From Octopus vulgaris (Eukaryota), in contig OX597829.1 of NCBI GenBank assembly GCA_951406725.2, positions 52,018,001 to 52,082,000 on the forward strand: DNA of 64,000 bases, written 5' to 3'. Position 1 is the stretch's first letter; each line of letters begins with the position of its first letter. This document shows positions 1 to 11,894 of the stretch, one piece after another. The position numbers were made by a program, and so were the translations under genes. The notes beneath the pieces are model-generated. The model did not search any database. It saw only the letters and a program-made list of their open reading frames with translations, and had not been told where the DNA came from.

Positions 1-1080
1 AGCTGCTGGTTCCATGATAGAAGCTTCTTATTTTGACCCTTGCTTCAATATCAGTAATGTTGCATTGATGCAGTATTTCACTGCTTCTAATATTACCTTG
101 CCACTCAATATTGCACATTGTGCGTAGACATTGCATGTGAAACAAGCCGAGTTGGTTTATATGCTGATGATAACAGTTCCAAGTATCGACACACAATATA
201 ATAGGGCTGAGAGAAAAACTGACTCTCATAATAGACATCAATTTTCACCTTGAAACACACATCATGAGTGTTCCAAAGTTGATGATGAAGCTGACTGAAT
301 GCTGAGCCAAGCCTTGGCTATTCCAGATTCAATATCATCATAAGCATTTAGCATCTGCTTTCCATGCTGGCATGGGATGGACGGTTTGACTGAGGGCTGG
401 CAAGCCAAAGAACTGCACCAGGTTCCAGTCTGATTTGGCTTGGTTTCTACAGCTGGATATAATGAATGATGTTAAGCATTTTCTTAGGTATACCAAGTTT
501 GGTTAGAACTTTCCAGAGAGCATCCCACTAGATGCAGAGTCAAACACTTTGGTGAGCTCTACAAAAGCAATGTCGAATTCGTTGTGTTTTCTAGCTTCTT
601 CTTGTACCTGCCTTAAACTGAAGATGATGTCGAGTGTGCCATTACCAGATTGAAAACCACGTTAAGTTTTTGGTAACACTGACTCTGAAAGAGGAATATC
701 GAAACTGTTGAGAATCCCTTATGCAAGAATCTTACCAGCCACAGAGAGACGAGGTACTCTTCTCTGGTTGTCACATTCACAACTGCTTCCTTTGTGTTTG
801 TAATGGTAAATGATGGATGCAGACTTGAATTGTTGAGGGACTGATCCCTTGTCCCACATTAGATTTAGGAATTCACATAGCTTGCTGATCAAACCATTAC
901 TACCCCACTTATAGATTTCAACTGGGATGCCATCATTTCATGGAACTTTACTGTTTGAGAGTTGCTTGATCCGTTTTAAAAAATTTCCTTGATGGTAAGC
1001 TTTGCTAAAAGGGATTTGATGGCTGGTCATTGGAGGAAGATTATCGATTACTTCATTCGTTACATTTGATTTCCTATTTC
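1..1080 (-). mobile_element. Decayed RTE/BovB-type LINE reverse transcriptase fragment, interrupted by a SINE piece at about 335-460
   Basis: Broken translations GFQSGNGTLDIIFSLRQVQEE, AFVELTKVFDS, LWKVLTKLGIPKKMLNII, FHMQCLRTMCNIEWQ. Confidence 0.8.
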
Positions 1081-1353
1081 AGAAATAAGAAAAATATTCT
1101 GACCAACGTTCAATGATATTGTTTACATATGTCAGTTTGAACTTCAGTTGGTTGATATCAGTAGAGAAAAATCCGAGGAAGACTGGAAATTGCAGAGGAA
1201 TTAATAATTGGGACAGTGTCTGGCAAAGAGTCAATCGAATGACACAAAGATGGTGCACAACCAAGTAGCTAATTCAGAGAAACAGAGGCCATTGCACTAG
1301 GGGTGGGAGGAGGTTAGAGGATTCAGGAGAGAAGAAACAGATAAATAACTTAC

Positions 1354-1438
1354 TTTATGTATTTTGTTCTGTCCCCTTCTTCACCTGATAAATTGGAAAT
1401 ATCCAATCCAGGAAGAGGGATACCCACATCTCTATGGT
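1354..1438 (-). CDS. OFD1: OFD1 exon (85 nt; alternative donor at 1385 possible)
   Basis: Long polypyrimidine tract, then ttgcag|ACCAT...CATAAA|gtaagt; DHRDVGIPLPGLDISNLSGEEGDRTKYI; phase 1 matches the preceding exon. Confidence 0.7.
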
Positions 1439-3113
1439 CTGCAACAAGAAAAAAAAAAAAGAAAAAATAGAATTGCAGTAAAAAAATGCAAGTGAGGGCA
1501 TGGTGCAAGTTGTTACCAATCATTGGCTGACAGTGGATGACATAAACTGTTGGACACAAGAGAAAATGCTTTTGGGTTGGATTTTTTGCTAATTAAGTTG
1601 GTAATTTGACAGAGTTGATAGAACATTGGACAGAAGAATGCTTTGAGGTATTTGTTCTGGATCCCTGCAATCTGGGTTCAAATCCTATCAAGACAACTAC
1701 ACTAGTACCAGTGCATGAAAAAAGCAGCCAATACACTGTGTAAAGTGGTAGGAGAAATAAATGTGGGTAGCACGGAGTTGAGAGGGTACTTTAGTCTTAC
1801 TGAGGACATGACAACACTTCTAATGCTGGTGCCTTGAAAAATGCACCAGTATACTCTATAGGGGTTAGGAATGGCATTCAGCTGGAAATATTAAAGTAAG
1901 ACAGGGTCCTCCAGCCTGTCAGATCCTGTTGGACCATTCAGCACATGCTGCTGCTGCTGTTGCTGTTGCTGTTGATATTATTATTATTATTATTAAACTG
2001 GAAAGCTGGCAGAATCATTACCACATCAGGCAAGATGCTTAACAGCATTTCATCCATCTTTATGTTCTGAGTTCAAATTCCACTGAGGTCAACTTTGCCT
2101 TCCATCCTTTTGAAATCAATAAATTAAGTGCCAGTGAAAGACTGGGGTTGATGTAATTGACTAATCCCCTCCCACCAAATTTCAGTCATGGTGCCTTTAG
2201 TAGAAAGGGTCATTGGTGGCAGAGGCACCACCATTGTGTTCTTGCTGAAATATCAAGAGGTGCAGGAGTGGCCATGTGGTATGTAGCTCATTTACCAACC
2301 ACATGCATGGCACCTAGGTCAACTGTCTTCTACTATAGCTTCGGGCTGACCAAAGCCTTGTGAGTGGATTTGGTAGACAGAAGCCCATTGTATATATGAT
2401 GTGTGTGCATGTTTGTTTGTCCCCCAACCATCATTTAACAACAGATGTTGGTGTATTTACATTCCCGTAACTTAGTGGTTCGGCAAAAGAGATCCGACAG
2501 AATAAGTACCAGGCTTAGAAAGAATAAGTCCTGGGGTTGAATTGTTCCACTAAAGACGGTGCTCCAGCATGGCCGCAGTCAAATGACTGAAACAAATACA
2601 AAAATCAAAAAGGTATTTATGAGTGTGAGTTATTAGCTGTGTTAAGCCAAACCAAAGATTATTTATTCAAGAGACAAGGACGTTTGCTTTATTTTATGGA
2701 GAATACTGACTGTGATTGTACAACTCACCTTTTCTGCGAGCTGATTGGTAAAGCTTTTTACGAGGTGTTGATGACAAAGTTTTCAGAGACTGACAGTCAG
2801 GTGTTAAAACATCATCAAAGTCTGAGTTGGAGTCTATAGAGAGAGAGAAAATGGTCTTTAATATATATATATACAGGGAAATTTTACGAAAATAAACAAA
2901 AGACGAAGGCCGGTGGAGTACAAACAAACAAATGTATTAGTATAGCGCTCAGGAATAGAAATAGAAAAAGTCTTTTATATTTTGAGCCTACGCTCTTCGA
3001 CAGAAAGATACACAGAAAAAACAAGGAGAGAAAAAAATGTCTATATATACACACACACACATAAATAACATCTACAATTTATGGAAATAAGAGCTAAAAA
3101 ATATAACTTTATA

Positions 3114-3680
3114 TTATCCAGTTTCAGCTCACAAGCTGTGGCCATGCTGGGGCACATATTATATAAATACAAGAAGACATAATGATAAATTAATATATTA
3201 CGATATATTAAATACAGCAATTAAAAACCAAAAAGGTAGAATGCATAAATAAGGGTGCAAATAACACCTACAATTGCTAGAAATAGGAGCTAAAGAATAT
3301 AACTCAAATAGTCACACAAAATCAACCTGATGAGATGTTCAAGGGACTGCGAAAGGTCTTTCAAATTACTTCATTCTGTGTGTTCTATCTCACTGGAGAA
3401 AGATGTTGCGGCTTGCTACTCACAGTCCCTTGAACATTTCATGAGGCTGGTTATTTTGTGTGGCTATTTGAGTTATATGTTTTAGCTCCTATTTCTAGCA
3501 ACTGTAGGTGTTATTTGCACCCTTATTTATGCATTCTACTTTTTTGGTTTTTAATTGCTTTAGCCACCTATATCATAATGTATTTAATATATCGTAATAC
3601 ATTAATTTATCATTATGTCTTCTTGTATTTATATATATGTGCCCCAGCATGGCCACAGCATGTGAGCTGAAACTGGATAA
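3114..3680. repeat. Long inverted repeat (arms about 240-260 bp, spacer about 70 bp)
   Basis: ttatccagtttcagctcaca...agggactg at 3114-3349 is the reverse complement of cagtccct...tgtgagctgaaactggataa at 3423-3680. Confidence 0.9.
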
Positions 3681-4080
3681 AATAAAATAAAATAAAATAA
3701 AAATAAAATAAATATATATATAAGCACCAAAAAAGGACCATACAAGTGTAGTCGATACCAGTACCACCTGACTAGCCCCCGTGCCAGTGGAATGTAAAAA
3801 GCACCCACAACACTCTTGGAGTGGTTGGCATGAGGAAGGGCATCCAGCTGTAGAAACCATGCCAAATCAGAATGGAGCCTGGTGTAGCCTCCTGGCTTGC
3901 CAGTCATTAGTCAAACCGTCCAACTCATGCAAGCATGAAAAGCAGGCATTAAATGATGATTATATATATATATATATATATATATAATAATAATAATTTG
4001 AGGGAATATTATTCCTAACTTACAGGGAAAAATTCAATTTAGAAATACTAAATCAAATTTCACAAAATATAATAAATTTA

Positions 4081-4411
4081 AAAATTAGAAAAAAAACCCA
4101 GCTTTTATCAATTCAAAATGAACAATTAAATTACACCATCTAGAAAATTTCATATGATAGAAATATTAAAATTAAAATAACAATAATATACTGATGATTA
4201 AGTAAATTGCAAAATAATAATAAAAATGTATATATTTGGTAGATATATAATAATAAAAAATAATAAAAACGTATATATATTTTATTATTTTGCAATTTAC
4301 TTAATTATCGGTATATTGTTATTTTATTTTTAATATTTCTATTATATGTAATTTTCTAGATGGTGTAATTTTATTGTTCATTTTGAAATGATAAAAGGTG
4401 GTTTTTTTCTA

Positions 4412-4415
<4 letters not shown>
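4081..4415. repeat. AT-rich inverted repeat (arms about 150 bp)
   Basis: aaattacaccatctagaaaatt versus aattttctagatggtgtaattt; taagtaaattgcaaaataata versus tattattttgcaatttactta. Confidence 0.85.
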
Positions 4416-4454
<39 letters not shown>

Positions 4455-4861
4455 GATACATATATCTATGCAATCATACTAGGGTTGTTTTAGAAAGTGC
4501 AAAAGAAGATTATGTGCATTCTCCAAATCCAATCTATTTGTGGCATAGTGAAACTTTTGTAAGACATTCCAAAGATTCTTCTCCATCTGAAATTCTTTAA
4601 ACGAAAACATGTACACACTTCTGTGTGCGTCTGCAAAAGAATACATGTAAAAAGTAATTATACACATACATGCATACATGAGAGAAATATCAAAATGCCC
4701 GATGTCAAATATGTCAGCAATGAGTCCATGGCACCATACCATTTCTAGCCTTATAGAAATGGAAGATGATATGATAAAATCATTACAAGGAAAACCAAGA
4801 AGGAAATGAGGAGAAAAGAAAAAGAAAGAAACTTGTAAAAAGTTTCTTTATGTAACGTATA

Positions 4862-5026
4862 GGCGCAGGAGTGGCTGTGTGGTAAGTAGCTTGCTAACCA
4901 ACCACATGGTCCCGGGTTCAATCCCACTGCGTGGCATCTTGGGCAAGTGTCTTCTGCTATAGCCCCGGGCTGACCAATGCCTTGTGAGTGGATTTGGTAG
5001 ACAGAAACTGAAAGAAGCCTGTCGTA

Positions 5027-5071
<45 letters not shown>

Positions 5072-5292
5072 TTGTGTGTCTGTGTTTATGCCCCTAGCAT
5101 TGCTTGACAACCGATGGTGGTGTGTTTACGTCCCCGTCACTTAGCGGTTCGGCAAAAAGAGACCGATAGAATAAGTACTAGGCTTACAAAAAAAAAAAGA
5201 ATAAGTCCTGGGGTCGAGTTGCTCGACTAAAGGCGGTGCTCCAGCATGGCCGCAGTCAAATGACTGAAACAGGTAAAAGAGAGTAAAAGAGA
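4862..5292 (+). mobile_element. tRNA-derived SINE, full-length copy of the dominant family
   Basis: Head ggcgcaggagtggctgtgtggtaag...ggttcaatccc (A/B-box like), central TA/TG microsatellite, tail ccagcatggccgcagtcaaatgactgaaaca; many homologues in the window. Confidence 0.85.
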
Positions 5293-5314
5293 AAGAGAGG
5301 TAAGCATATTTTAC

Positions 5315-5468
5315 CTGAACATGAATGAATTACTTTTTTCTTCTTAAGAATATTCCTTGAGTTGTCAGTTTTCTTTTTTTCCACTTTAACTGATGGAGGG
5401 CTTATGGGATCTAAATTTGGATATCTACACAATTGGCTGCGGAAATGTTGGAAGCCTTGTTTTAAGTT
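5315..5468 (-). CDS. OFD1: OFD1 exon (154 nt)
   Basis: ttccag|AAC...TTCAG|gtaaaa; NLKQGFQHFRSQLCRYPNLDPISPPSVKVEKKK...HSCS; phase 0/1. Confidence 0.8.
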
Positions 5469-5924
5469 CTGGAAAGATAACAGGAGAAAAGAAAATAGAA
5501 AAAAAAAAAAAAGTTCCCATGTCTCATAACTGCTGTTTTCAGCCATTTCACAATGAAAATTGGCCCTTTTTAATGCCAGCCAGTCTGGGACTCTCCTTTC
5601 CATAATACAAACTTACTCTTTTGAAGTGACCTGGATTAAAAGCTTCCATCGAAATTTGATGTTAATTTATTTCTGATAACAGCTTAGTAGTCACCAAGTC
5701 ATTTTACTATATTCTTGACTGTAAGTGTAGATGTGGCAGTGTGGTAAGAAGTTTGCTTTTCAACCACATGGTTCTGAGTTCAGTCCCACTGAGTGGCACC
5801 TTCAACAAGTGCTTTTTACTATAGCCTTGGGCCAACCAAAGCCTTTTGAGTGGATTTGGAGGGACAACACAGACACACATATATATATTTATGTGTGTGT
5901 ATATATATACAGTCTACAAGATTA

Positions 5925-6430
5925 AGGTAACATTGTTGGACCAAGTGAAATCGTAGTCGTGGCTAATGCCAGTGCCACCTGACTGGCACCCATGCCGTTG
6001 GCATAAAAAAGCACCATTTGAGTATGACTGACGCCAGTGCCACCTGACTGGCACTCATGCTGGTAGCATATGAAAAGCACCATTTGAGCATGACTGATGC
6101 TAGTGTTGACTGATTGGCATTCGTGCCGATGGCACGTAATATGCACATAATATCAAGTGTAGTTGATGCCAGTGCTGCTTTTCATGTGCCACTGGCATGG
6201 GGGACGCCAGTTCCACCTGACTGGCACCCATGCCGGTGGCACGTAAAAAGCACCATTTGAGTGTAGTTGATGTCAGATCCACATAACTGGCACCTAAAAA
6301 CACCCACTACACTCTTGGAGTGGTTGGTGTAAGGAAGGGCATCCAGCTGTAGAAACCTTGCCAGTTCTCAGTCAAACAGTCCAACCCATGCCAGCATGGA
6401 AAGTGGATGTTAAACAATGATGATGATGAC
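5925..6430 (+). mobile_element. RTE-tail SINE/LINE 3' element with an internal tandem array of about 52 bp units
   Basis: About 6 copies of gccagtgccacctgactggcacccatgcc...aaaagcaccatttgag, then the family tail ending in (GAT)n. Confidence 0.75.
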
Positions 6431-6487
6431 GATATTTAAAAAAAAAAAGAGAAAAAGAAAAAGAAAGCATGTAAAATGATTACTTAC

Positions 6488-6779
6488 CTTTGTATCTTTC
6501 TCAAGCATTTCACTTTGGTATTTTGTGTCCCTAATAACTCTAGAAGTATCATCGGTGAGTAAATAGTTGCCTTCAGAAAAATCAGTTTCATCAAAAACAT
6601 TATTTCCTGGCTGCCGTGTGTGGCGATACTGAACTGCATCAGAGCATTCACTGTTACACATGCATTCGCTTTGGCAGTCAACCAATGACTGTATGCCTTT
6701 GCAGGAAGGTGGCTCTTCATGATAACCACCATGCAAATGCACTGGCTTATTACAAGGTTTTTCACTGTTTGCATCAGAC
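6488..6779 (-). CDS. OFD1: OFD1 exon (292 nt, divergent region)
   Basis: tcttag|GTCTG...ACAAAG|gtaagt; SDANSEKPCNKPV...EMLEKDTK; phase 2/0. Confidence 0.82.
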
Positions 6780-6861
6780 CTAAGACAACGAGAGCAAATA
6801 ATCACATATATCATTTATTTTATAGCTTTGTGATTTGCATATATACAAAAATATACACATG

Positions 6862-6892
<31 letters not shown>

Positions 6893-7147
6893 TATTTGGA
6901 ACCATGCATGTATATATAAATATATATATATATATTCTTTTCCACTCTAGGCACAAGGCCTGAAATTTTGGGGGAAGGGGACAGTCAATCAGATTGACCT
7001 CAGTACGCAACTGGTAATTAATTTATCGACTCTGAAAGGATGAAAGGCAAAGTCAACCTCAGCGGAATTCGAACTCAGAATGTAGTGGCAGATGAAATAC
7101 CGCATTTCACTCGCTGTGCTATCTTTTCTGCCGGCTCGCTGCCTTAA

Positions 7148-7186
<39 letters not shown>

Positions 7187-7203
7187 CATATTCCCTCCCA
7201 TAT

Positions 7204-7298
7204 CAGCTAACTCTGATGAGAGTAAAGTTATATAATTATTTTGATACTTAACACTCCGTTGTATTCTTTATGCGAAACCAATTGCTAAGATCAACTGT
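7204..7298 (+). ncRNA. Hammerhead-ribozyme-like motif (type I, decayed)
   Basis: CTGATGA at 7213, stem II gagtaaag/ctttatgc, GAAA, CCAATTGC, TA; homologous to 17457-17552. Confidence 0.5.
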
Positions 7299-7800
7299 GA
7301 TGGATATTTAATACTAAACATTTCGAATAATGTACATATATATATGATTGTTTTATATAATTAACCAAATTCATTTAACACTGATTGCTTTATATCAGCC
7401 TGAGTTTATTAATCCCAATTACTATATATAAATATATGTGTGTGTGTATGTGTGTATGTAAATATATATATATTATTATTATTTTTATTGTATTTTTGTA
7501 TTTATATTCGTGTAACATCGTCTGTTTTTCCATCCTTGTTTTAATATACATTTGATGCTTTTTTCCAAGGAATCTAATGCTCTTAGCTTAGTTTTTTCCT
7601 TGGGGCTGGCCAGATTGGAGCAATCTCAAGATTAATCAGCCGAAATTGCGAGGATGATCCGGTTCTTGACTGAAGATAAAAGGTTTCGAATGACCTGTCC
7701 TTGTTTTTTTGTATCATCTATCTGGATGTTTTGTTGTCCCTTTTTGTATCACCTAACTGTCTGGAGGTTTTGCGTTCTTATCCCATTTTGTATTTTATTT

Positions 7801-7860
<60 letters not shown>

Positions 7861-8446
7861 TTTATTTTTGATATATATATATATAGACAAATCAAAAATG
7901 AAAAGCTGGAAAAAACAACAAAATCAAATGGATGTTCACAGTGAATATATAAGATTGACACTCATTCAAAGTTTTATATAGAAAAATAGGAATATAATAA
8001 TCACATCAGGCTGAACGGTATCATATACACCCATTTTATGAAATCAATATTAAGTGACACAAATTTTGCAGAAAGAGAAAAAGGCTAAACATGACCACTG
8101 CTACATGCATAGTTTGCCCCAAATATCATGTGATCATGTGATTGACCAGAATATTGGATGTTGTCATACATCACTTGTCACAATGCACTTTGCATAATTT
8201 TATCTTTGAAATGATGCCACTCCATTGGCTAGGTGAGCAGGCCAACATTCCCCTTGATTGAAAGGCAGACCCATCGAAGGATTATCCATTTTACACCTGG
8301 GTGGACTGCAGCAATGTGAAATGAAGTGTTTTGCTCAAGAACACAATGCACAGCCAGTCAGGGAATTGAAACCACGATCTCATGACTATAAGTGCAATGT
8401 GTCTAACCACTAGGCCACGTGCCTTCACACCTAAAAATATACTTAC

Positions 8447-8492
8447 CTAAAATATACTTTCTCAGCTTTCCGGGTTATTTCTTGATGCAATG
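8447..8492 (-). CDS. OFD1: OFD1 exon (46 nt)
   Basis: tttcag|CATTG...TTTAG|gtaagt; ALHQEITRKAEKVYF(R); phase 1/2 bridges the flanking exons. Confidence 0.85.
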
Positions 8493-8722
8493 CTGAAAAA
8501 AAGGTAAAAAGAAAAAGAAAAAGATAAAAACATAACAATAATAGTAACTGACACAAGACCAGCAATTTTAAGCGGAAGGGGCAAGTTGATTACTTTGATC
8601 CCCCGAAAGGATGAAAGGCAAAATTAACCTTGGAGGAATTTGAACTTGTAAAAGAATTGGAGGAAATGTGGCTAAGCATCTTACCCAACTACCAAAAGAT
8701 TCTACCAATACACTGCCTTTGA

Positions 8723-8764
<42 letters not shown>

Positions 8765-9099
8765 CCATCGTCATCATTTAATGTCCCTTTTCTCTGCTAG
8801 CAGTGATTCAATGGTTTGACAGGAATTTGCAAGCTGGAGAGCTGCACCAAGATCTATTGTCTGTTTTTGGTATGGTTTCCATGGCTGGACGTCCCTACTT
8901 AATGTCAATTGCTTACATTACACCGCTTCACAGAGTGGACTGGGTGCCAACCACTTTACAGATTCAACAGCATGTTTTTTACGTGGCACCAGCACTGGTG
9001 AGGTCACCAAATAACTTGCAAGACAAAGACACCACCTCAAGTGAGAAGGGTAGAGGTATTGAGGGAGGTAGCTTTGTGCCAGGTGAAGAAAGGTTAGAA

Positions 9100-9407
9100 C
9101 AGGGGCTCTCAACCATTGTTTTACCTAAGGACCCCTCTAATTCCTATTTCATTAGTAAGGACCCTTATAGCTATTCAATGCTTAAAAATTCCTGTTGTAT
9201 TTTTATAATTAAATGTTATTAGGAATTGCATTTAAAAAATTGTTAAAATATCTAGTGTACTGTGGAACAATTTATTATGCATAAAATTTACTAGTCTGAA
9301 GCACAACTTTTTCATGGCCCCTGAAAAATCACCATGGACATTCAATTTACTGTATTGCATCTATGGACACCCCAAAATCTTACATGGACCCTGGTTGAGA
9401 ACAGCTT
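9100..9407. mobile_element. hAT-type MITE
   Basis: Imperfect TIRs caggggctctcaacc / ggttgagaacagct; 8-bp target duplication ggttagaa at 9092-9099 and 9408-9415. Confidence 0.85.
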
Positions 9408-9485
9408 GGTTAGAATAATGACAGAGGAAGGACAGGAACAAGTGTCTTGCTGTAGGGAAGAGGAAGAGGCAAGTTGATTACAATG

Positions 9486-9765
9486 GGCATATGGCGTTGT
9501 AGCACAGGCTACTAACCCCAAGATTCCGAGTTCGATTCCAGGCTGTGACCTGAACGACGACGACAACAACAATAACAACATTGAAAAATTCCTTAGGAAT
9601 GAGAACCCAGGTTCGAAATTTCCCCCAAGACACCTGATGAAGGCTGGAGGGTATATCAGTCAAAATGTTGTGTTAACAACAAACAAGATGAGGACTGAAC
9701 GACAACGACAACAACAATCAAATGTAAATAATGTAAATAATTCCTCATCTCTTAAATATAAAACT
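9486..9765 (+). mobile_element. SINE-like element with tRNA head and hammerhead-like segment
   Basis: B-box gttcgattcc at 9530-9539, (AAC)n, then CTGATGA-A-ggctg...cagtc-AAAA at 9634-9665. Confidence 0.55.
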
Positions 9766-10218
9766 GGAAGATACATGGTTACTCTAGTTGGAAAGGGAAA
9801 AAAAGATAGTGGTCGTTAATGAGGTGTTGGGGGTATATCCTCAAGTTACTGGAAGGTGAATATAAGTGGCAAAGAAGATTGGACAGGGTGAGTGGGTGGG
9901 TGAGTGAGTGTGGGAAGAGAGTGACAGATGGAGTAAATGTAAAAATTGCTTCAAAAGTAAAATGAATATATAATTAGAATATAAACATCTAAATACTGAC
10001 CCACAGGCATAACATACATACATTGCGAAATATGTAACTTTATTTGTGTTTATTTACAGGAGAATTAAATTTGTGTTTTATATGCACTTTTGTGTTTTTG
10101 TTTGATTCTTTTCTATTTTCTTTCTGCTTTCATCTTCTTCTCCATCTCGAACTTCAGATTCTGTTTTTGTTTTTCTGTTTTTTAGATTTTTTTAACTTTA
10201 CACTTTTCGTGTTCACTT

Positions 10219-10415
<197 letters not shown>

Positions 10416-10847
10416 AAAAAACAGAAGTGAAATGAAACTACAAAATTGACGAAGCTTGTTGATCACAACAGTAATAAGATTTTGAAAAAAAAAGAACAAA
10501 AAAAAGTGATGATAAACAATAAAAGATGCTTTGAAAAGGCCTTCCCTCACAAGTGTAAACTGGTGTAGGTAAGAAATCAGAGGCAGCCACTGACTGGAAG
10601 GTGGGGGACATAGGTTGCATTATGTGCCCATAGGAAGAGAAAGAGAGGGCGAGAGAATAAATATTGTATCTAAATGACTGGTAGATGAGGTGGGGGGGGT
10701 ATAAATCACCACACAGCCACAAAGGGTCTGTGGCATATCTCCTAATAGATGAGCCTGGCGATACACCCAGTACACACATACAAATGCATAGATACACACC
10801 GATACACACACACACACATATACACATACACATTCATAAATATATGT

Positions 10848-11276
10848 ATCATCATCATCATCATCATCATCATCGTTTAACGTCCGTTTTCCATGCTAGC
10901 ACGGGTTGGATGGTTCAACCGGGGTCTGGGAAGCCAGGGGCTGCACCAGGCTCCAGTCTGATCTGGCAGAGTTTCTACAGCTGGATGCCCTTCCTAACGC
11001 CAACCACTCCGCGAGTGTAGTGGGTGCTTTTTACGTGCCACCTGCACAGGTGCCAGGGGTGTCCGGCATTGGCCATGATCGGTTGGAGATTTTAACGTGC
11101 CACTGGCACAGAAGCCAGCCCAGGCGGCGCTGGCAATGGCCACATTCGAATGGTGCTTTTTATGTGCCACCGGCACAGAAAAAAGCACCATCGAACGTGG
11201 CGTTGCCAGCGCCGCCTGGGCTGGCTTCCGTGCCGGTGGCACGTTAAAATCTCCAACCGATCGTGGCCGATGCCGA
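10848..11276 (-). mobile_element. RTE-tail element ending in an internal fold-back (11065-11275)
   Basis: (ATC)n tail and family body, then two GC-rich arms of about 95 bp in inverted orientation. Confidence 0.8.
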
Positions 11277-11894
11277 TACAGTAATCCCTTGCCATATTGT
11301 GGTTCACCTATTGCACCCTCAGTACATCATGGATTTTTCAGGCTAATATAGGTAAATTTATATCTATTTCTTTATTGCCCACAGGGGGCTAAACACAGAG
11401 GGGACAAACAAGGACAAACGGATTAAGTTGATTATATCGACCCCAGTGCGTAACTGGTACTTAATTTATCGACTCTGAAAGGATGAAATGGACTCCTCAG
11501 TATATCTGGGTTTCTGTGGCTGATTGGTGTTTATATTTTTTCAGATTTTAATTATTTCTGAGGTAAAATAAGCATTTTCATGCCTAACAATTAATAAGTA
11601 AAAAATACAGTCACAGTACTGCACTGTATAACACATTAATTAAAATATATTAAAAGCAAATACTTAGTGTACCGTAGATAAGTAAACAAAGAATCACACA
11701 TACTGTATGAGAAAAGAAACTTGGGAGGTGGGTGTGAGGTGTTGTTTTGCATTTATAATAAAATAAATACATACAAATTATAAAAATAATAAGAAAAAAT
11801 TTACAGTACAGTACTGTTTCTACTTTGTGAATTTTCAACAATCATGTGGGTGGGGTTGAAACATAACACCCATGATAGTTGAGGGATTACTGTA
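11277..11894. mobile_element. Tigger/pogo-like MITE with nested SINE fragment (about 11360-11490)
   Basis: TA-flanked TIRs tacagtaatccct / agggattactgta; partial homologue at about 39815-39954. Confidence 0.75.

Noticed and set aside
1079-1300. Further OFD1 exon downstream of 1354
   Set aside because: The nearest candidate acceptor gives early stops in the required phases, and the region merges into an RTE relic; the gene probably continues beyond the window.
5950-6300. CRISPR-like regularly spaced repeats
   Set aside because: Units are contiguous tandem copies without unique spacers, there are no cas genes, and the context is a eukaryotic retroelement.
7665-7700. CTGAAGA...GAAT...GTC hammerhead candidate
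   Set aside because: Lacks GAAA and a stem II.
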